DNA from: Octopus vulgaris
Taxonomy: Eukaryota
DNA length: 64,000 bases
Assembly: GCA_951406725.2 (NCBI GenBank)
Contig: OX597816.1
Location: 180,916,001-180,980,000, forward strand
Reading direction: 5' to 3'
The translations under genes were made by a program, and so were the position numbers. The notes below the pieces were generated by a model. The model made no database searches. It had not been told where the DNA came from and worked only from the letters and a program-made list of their open reading frames with translations. The stretch's first letter is position 1, and every line of letters starts with the position of its first letter. This document shows, piece by piece, positions 59,610-64,000 of the stretch.

Positions 59610-61270
59610 CATGCATATATGTACACATATGTATATATGTATATATATGTGTGTATATATACATACATGTATATGTGTAAGTATATTTGTATATGTATAT
59701 ATGTGCGTATAAATAAATATATGTGTGTATATGTATGTATTTATGTACGTATACACAAATAACCCTACATACTCACAGCGACATACAACTCCATCGAGCA
59801 AACGAAATTATTTGTATATTTATTCAAGTTTTTTGCTTTTTCAATCAGTCTCCAAGATAAAAGCCGACCAAATACGGTTCCGTATAGCGTAAATAAATTA
59901 CTTTGTTAGTAAAAACTGAACGAGGAAATCTCATTAGGCTAGCAGAAGTGAGTTGTGTGGAAAATATCGATGATATAATCAATACTGGAATGTCATCGAA
60001 GTTCTAAATAAGAAGCCTTTACTTTTTTAACAACCGGCTTGCTTCCCCAACATGATGACTTCCAGTGGTGAAAATATACCCAAATTCAGACATGATTTGT
60101 TTCAATGTAATGTAAAACTCAGTTTTCTTAGTAACAAAAAAATCCTTATCACGCACTGAGACATCATGCACATATGCATGCACCCGTTCTTACTTTCTTC
60201 ATGCTCATACGCAGCACACACACTGCATACAAACATTATCCATAGAGTCACAGAGATTTTGAGGAACTGTACAGAATATGCTGTGAGCAATCACTATTTT
60301 ATTTCACAGCTCTTAGAATTATTTACACAAACTTACATTGACATCAGCATATATGTCTGTGTGTATATTTATATTCATATATGAGTGAGTGTGTGGATTG
60401 ACATATGATAAATGAATTATTGGTTCGATACCGCAGGTTTCGTGTTGTTCTATATAGCAGAGTCTTAATGAAATAAATGATAGCTGCCGGCTGTGTTCAA
60501 TGTTACTACAAGTTTTCATGCAATATATTAACGTTTCATGAAAAACTTAAAACCCACAAACACATTGATATTAGATTTATGTTGTCATTACACAGCCCTA
60601 TCAAAAATGGCCAATACTATATTCTTTTACTTCGCAGATTACACGTACACACAAGCATACATGCATACAAATGCACATCACACATAACACACACACACAC
60701 ATATACATATAGATATACACAGACGAACACATATATGTATATACACATACACATTCATACAGATTTACACACACATACACACATATGTATCAAAACATGA
60801 TTGGAAAAAAATTTGGGGTATTATTTATTCTAGCCTTCTGTTCTGTTATGTAATTACTTTGCAAAAATTATTTTCTAATATTTTACAGTATTCTTCAGTA
60901 TTTTTAACTTCTATATGAAACATAACATCTACATTTGGAGTACTGGAATGTGCAAATGAGCTTCATCAGGACACAGCTCGGATTATAACCCTTACAACAT
61001 ACTGGACACACAGATACACACACACGCGCGCGCACAAACGTCCACACACGCGCACACACACATACATATATAGCTGTAATAAGGAAGTCAAATTAATACA
61101 ACTAATACGACTGTGCGTATAAAAGACACTTAGTAGTGATCAAAAGATTCAAACTTAGATTCTGATGTCTTACAAGGGATCATTTCACAGGGTTAAAAAG
61201 ACTATAAGAAGGATCAAATTGAGCGGGTATAGAGGCAATTATGCGGGTAAAACAAATTAGACACATCAAA

Positions 61271-61920
<650 letters not shown>

Positions 61921-62187
61921 ATATAATAGGGTGAATAGATACATTTAATAGTATATTTATTCCACACCAAGTGGTTATGCTAGAAACCTGGATTATTATA
62001 ATATTTTATAACATATTATAATATTTTCACAAAATAAATATAAGAGAGTGTTCACTATATTGATCACTCTAGCACTAGTTAATCCAAGAGGTTTCAACCA
62101 CGAAAAATACATGTTTCCCATGAAAGCCGGTACGACTGTTAGTTCACACGGACAGGGCAAATAAAAAATAACAAAAATACAGATTAT

Positions 62188-62266
62188 CTTGGGACAATTG
62201 TTTCGCTTATTAATGAATTAAATGTAATATTACTTACAGTAATCCATTTGTAGCTCTTCAGCCAAG
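62188..62266 (-). ncRNA. Minimal type-I hammerhead ribozyme (inverted copy)
   Basis: Minus strand reads CTTGG-CTGAAGA-GCT...AGC-GAAA-C-AATT-GTC-CCAAG. Confidence 0.87.
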
Positions 62267-62878
62267 GCTATCTTGATGAAATCCACTCAATCACACGCCA
62301 GATTTTACCATAACGATAATTACGCGTGCGGTTCAATTGATTACATCGGACGTTATAATTCAAATGCCCCAACCAACAGCGCGCCAAACTCTCACGGAAA
62401 AACAAATACAGCATTTAGAAATAAATGCAGCATAATTATAATTAATTAATAAGGGTGAGAGAATTAGATACTAATTTAATAGTATATTTATTCCACACCA
62501 AGTGGCCTAGTGCTACGAGAAACCTGGATTATTATAATATTTTATATATATATATATAGGCCACTTGGTGTGGAATATATATATATAGGCCACTTGGTGT
62601 GGAATATATATATATAGGCCACTTGGTGTGGCCACTAGGCCACTTGGTGTGGAATAAATATACTATTAAATTAGTATCTAATTCTCTCACCCTTATTAAT
62701 TAATTATAATTATGCTGCATTTATTTCTAAATGCTGTATTTGTTTTTCCGTGAGAGTTTGGCGCGCTGTTGGTTGGGGCATTTGAATTATAACGTCCGAT
62801 GTAATCAATTGAACCGCACGCGTAATTATCGTTATGGTAAAATCTGGCGTGTGATTGAGTGGATTTCATCAAGATAGC

Positions 62879-62956
62879 CTTGGCTGAAGAGCTACAAATG
62901 GATTACTGTAAGTAATATTACATTTAATTCATTAATAGCGAAACAATTGTCCCAAG
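62879..62956 (+). ncRNA. Minimal type-I hammerhead ribozyme (tandem copy 1)
   Basis: CTTGG-CTGAAGA-GCTA...TAGC-GAAA-C-AATT-GTC-CCAAG. Predicted cleavage after 62951. Confidence 0.9.
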
Positions 62957-63413
62957 ATAATCTGTATTTTTGTTATTTTTTATTTGCCCTGTCCGTGTGA
63001 ACTAACAGTCGTACCGGCTTTCATGGGAAACATGTATTTTTCGTGGTTGAAACCTCTTGGATTAACTAGTGCTAGAGTGATCAATATAGTGAACACTCTC
63101 TTATATTTATTTTGTGAAAATATTATAATATGTTATAAAATATTATAATAATCCAGGTTTCTCGTAGCACTAGGCCACTTGGTGTGGAATAAATATACTA
63201 TTAAATTAGTATCTAATTCTCTCACCCTTATTAATTAATTATAATTATGCTGCATTTATTTCTAAATGCTGTATTTGTTTTTCCGTGAGAGTTTGGCGCG
63301 CTGTTGGTTGGGGCATTTGAATTATAACGTCCGATGTAATCAATTGAACCGCACGCGTAATTATCGTTATGGTAAAATCTGGCGTGTGATTGAGTGGATT
63401 TCATCAAGATAGC

Positions 63414-63491
63414 CTTGGCTGAAGAGCTACAAATGGATTACTGTAAGTAATATTACATTTAATTCATTAATAGCGAAACAATTGTCCCAAG
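63414..63491 (+). ncRNA. Minimal type-I hammerhead ribozyme (tandem copy 2)
   Basis: Identical to 62879-62956, 535 bp downstream. Predicted cleavage after 63486. Confidence 0.9.
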
Positions 63492-63669
63492 ATAATCTGT
63501 ATTTTGTTATTTTTTATTTGCCCTGTCCGTGTGAACTAACAGTCGTACCGGCTTTCATGGGAAACATGTATTTTTCGTGGTTGAAACCTCTTGGATTAAC
63601 TAGTGCTAGAGTGATCAATATAGTGAACACTCTCTTATATTTATTTATTATATATATATATATATATAC

Positions 63670-63811
<142 letters not shown>

Positions 63812-64000
63812 CATAGAAATAACACTACAAGTACGTCATTTTAGCATATACATAAATAATGAAAAACAATATCTGTTGTCGTCTCTTGACTGTTGCTTAC
63901 GTAATATGACAGCTATTCTTTATGGTCATGTGATGAAGACTGTGGGCTATTTTTAGATTTGGTCAGGTTATAAAATCATACAGACTTACCAGGTTACGGT

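Larger units (their letters stand above)
61927..63646. mobile_element. Inverted-plus-tandem array of a 535-bp non-coding HHR unit (retrozyme-like or PLE pseudo-LTR array)
   Basis: ~1.15 units on minus (61927-62545), a stuttered junction, then ~1.9 units on plus (62633-63646) with period 535. Embedded in (TA)n. Confidence 0.92.

Noticed and set aside
62546-62660. Short direct repeats resembling a CRISPR array
   Set aside because: Spacers are only TA runs, the context is eukaryotic and there are no cas genes. Explained as junction stutter.

Overview
AT-rich, repeat-saturated animal genomic DNA. The SINE/LINE repertoire and microsatellite load suggest a cephalopod such as Octopus (inference). 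No host protein-coding gene is supportable, and most ORF-track entries are microsatellite translations. The window contains: a full-length but disrupted RTE LINE with an 11-bp target-site duplication (402-3753); two Penelope-like elements (PLEs; RT + C-terminal GIY-YIG) at ~25.6-28.3 kb and ~50.4-53.5 kb; a third, Neptune-like PLE 3' fragment (44.2-46.3 kb, minus); R4/Dong fragments in (TAA)n; mariner remnants; several tRNA-derived SINEs; and very large compound microsatellites. The main hidden signal is about 15 minimal type-I hammerhead ribozyme (HHR) motifs read by eye, 10 with an intact CUGANGA...GAAA core. They lie in PLE 3' regions and in small non-coding elements embedded in (TA)n. The clearest case is a 535-bp HHR-containing unit in an inverted-plus-tandem array (61.9-63.6 kb), which has a diverged homologue at 15.1-15.6 kb showing compensatory stem changes. 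Together these suggest a (TA)n-targeting PLE/retrozyme-like system that could release a 535-nt, possibly circular, RNA. All folds and alignments were done by eye and need computational confirmation.
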